Shown here in pieces: positions 62,258 to 64,000 of a DNA stretch of 64,000 bases (position 1 is its first letter; each line of letters starts with the position of its first letter). Source of the stretch: Ramazzottius varieornatus (taxonomy: Eukaryota > Animalia > Tardigrada). The translations under genes and the position numbers were made by a program. Where the stretch lies: NCBI GenBank assembly GCA_001949185.1, contig BDGG01000002.1, forward strand, positions 899,481-963,480, written 5' to 3'. The notes below the pieces were generated by a model. That model did not search any database and was not told the DNA's origin. It saw only the letters and a list, made by a program, of their open reading frames with translations.

Positions 62258-63523
62258 TTATACTTTCGGAAGAAAGTGATTTTCGAAAGCCAAGATGTCG
62301 GAAGCTAGGCTGAGTCTGCCAGGATTCTCTCGAACAAGTCGGGTCAGACTGGGAGTTTCACCGATGCACGCTGCCGAGGAATTGCTGGCAAGCAGTGCTG
62401 CACCAGCGTGTCGAAGTCCACCATACGATTGGCGGCCTTTGCGCTGTTGTAGATGTCCAGCAGCGTGGCATTCGGGGAATTCTACACAACAGTTTTACCT
62501 TGCAGTAAAAACTGTAAAATTAACCATATATCCTAAAACCTGGTGTACGAGGACAAATTTGTAAAGTTGGCAGGCTGGTGCCGAGTTGTAAAGTTTGCCA
62601 TCAAATATTATCAATAGGAGTAGTCTATCAAAAGGCCTACGCTCTGTAGGATCCGGCTAACTTTCAGCCGCGGCCTACACTGGCTAACTTTACAACTTTG
62701 CTCCCGTATATATCCTCGTCATGTCCATCGTCCATATTCCCGTGCGATGTACATGGGGACGTATGGCCGAGGGACACACCGGACGCAGTGGCGGAGGTGA
62801 CATAAACTAGCCATATCGAAAGAGAAAATATATAGGTAGTTACCGACAAGATGTTGGCGATGGTGATGAAGTCAGAAACGTAGTAAATCGGGTTTGCACC
62901 AATGACTCCGTTGGCGTTATTGACGAGAATACGTGTTTCGCTCTGGAGGAACGGTTGCAACAAGTCAATGACGGTATGACGGGACTTCTTGATGGCCAAT
63001 TCCACAGCGGCGAGGTCGATCTTCTGTTGAGGGCCAGTCAGCAGCAAGGGTTACGAAAGCAGGTTCTTTCAAACATGGATATAGAAAAAACACGGTTGGA
63101 GCTTACCTTGTTGACAAGGTCGGCGATAAAACCCGTGCTGACACCGATGACAAAGTCACCGTATGTTTTTTTTCCGGCTGGCGAGTCAGATTGTAGTCAA
63201 ACCAGCCTCCGGAAGCGCTCTCCATGGCTTCTAGCATGTCGATAATAATACCGCCATTCTTCCCATCAGCGTCAGCGGCAGTCAAGAAAGGGTCCGCATG
63301 AAAGAGAGCACAATAGCATTTCCGGTTGAACTCGATACGGTACAAAGTGACATATCAGCAGCGTAAAGATAAGACTCTTTATGATACATACCCCGATGCC
63401 TTCCACACGGTACTTCTTTGTGAGACAACCACCATGGCTGCTATCGATATGGCCGTAGCTAGCGCTGACCACAGCGACCACTCCCAGAATGGCAACCCAA
63501 CACAATGGTTGAAAAGGATCCAT
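62258..63523 (-). pseudogene. Secreted iGluR/IR-like ligand-binding-domain-only gene, disrupted; exons 63523-63392, 63297-63107, 63023-62844, 62481-~62258
   Basis: Signal peptide, then S1-like ADPFL..GGIIIDMLEAM..FDYNL..TYGD..GFIADLVNKKIDLA..R..IDLLQPFL..ILV, then S2-like NSPNATLLDIY..AACIGETP. Lesions: acceptor reads CAT instead of CAG (63298), frameshift in an A8 run (~63170), second frameshift ~62415. Confidence 0.65.
62546..62720. mobile_element. Degenerate MITE-like inverted repeat in an intron
   Basis: tacgaggacaaatttgtaaagttggc versus gctaactttacaactttg..tcctcgtc; repeated ttgtaaagtt motifs. Confidence 0.45.
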
Positions 63524-64000
63524 CTTTGAGAATAAAAGATGCTGGCTTTGCTAGACGATGAGAAAGTCAGACTGATGGCTTGAAGTCTGACGAAGCGCTC
63601 AACCGCCAGGTCCGACACGCCGAAACAGCGCAAAAGACATTTTCCGCGGATGACTGCTCCCCATAAAACCGGCGTTACCGCAGCAAACTGACTTTCTGAG
63701 GTGACCGACAGAAAGTCACATCATTGTTGATTATCAACGCGCAAGATACACTTCTTGATGCATTTTTTGGTAGCATGCGCAGCTGACAGCGTAATCAACA
63801 GAAATGGAAGGAACGGAAAAAGTGTTGGGTCAACAGTCGCTAGCGCGGCATTCTGGGCGCCGCTGGTAGGAAAAAAATTCATGGTTGAGCGAACGTAGTT
63901 CCGACAGATGCCGACTCGACTATGATGTTCCCGTTTAGCGATCTAGTTGTTCACTGCCCAATCCGAATCCTGGGGTACAAAACAGTCAACAGTTCCTTAT

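Overview
Eukaryotic (animal) genomic DNA with short GT-AG introns and one 50-N gap. The compact introns, tandem orphan GPCRs and gene content suggest a small-genome ecdysozoan such as a tardigrade, but that is an inference. Protein-coding genes: two tandem orphan class-A GPCRs, two secreted Gly/Tyr-rich paralogs sharing an invariant 25-aa Trp/Pro motif, two divergent 6-Cys SUEL-type lectins, a nuclear receptor with an atypical P-box, a portabella-type SLC18 vesicular transporter, an sNPF-type receptor, a PH+PDZ-like adaptor, an unknown multi-exon gene and a clarin. Pseudogenes: a broken GPCR and a pore-less, secreted iGluR-like ligand-binding-domain gene. Mobile DNA: two Tc4/Tc5-like DD37D transposons with 3-bp TNA target duplications. 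One has an uninterrupted spliced ORF and 149-bp TIRs; the other is decayed and nested in a MITE. At least seven other MITE/foldback elements are present. No rRNA, tRNA or CRISPR was recognised. Exon models were spliced by eye and frame-checked by hand.
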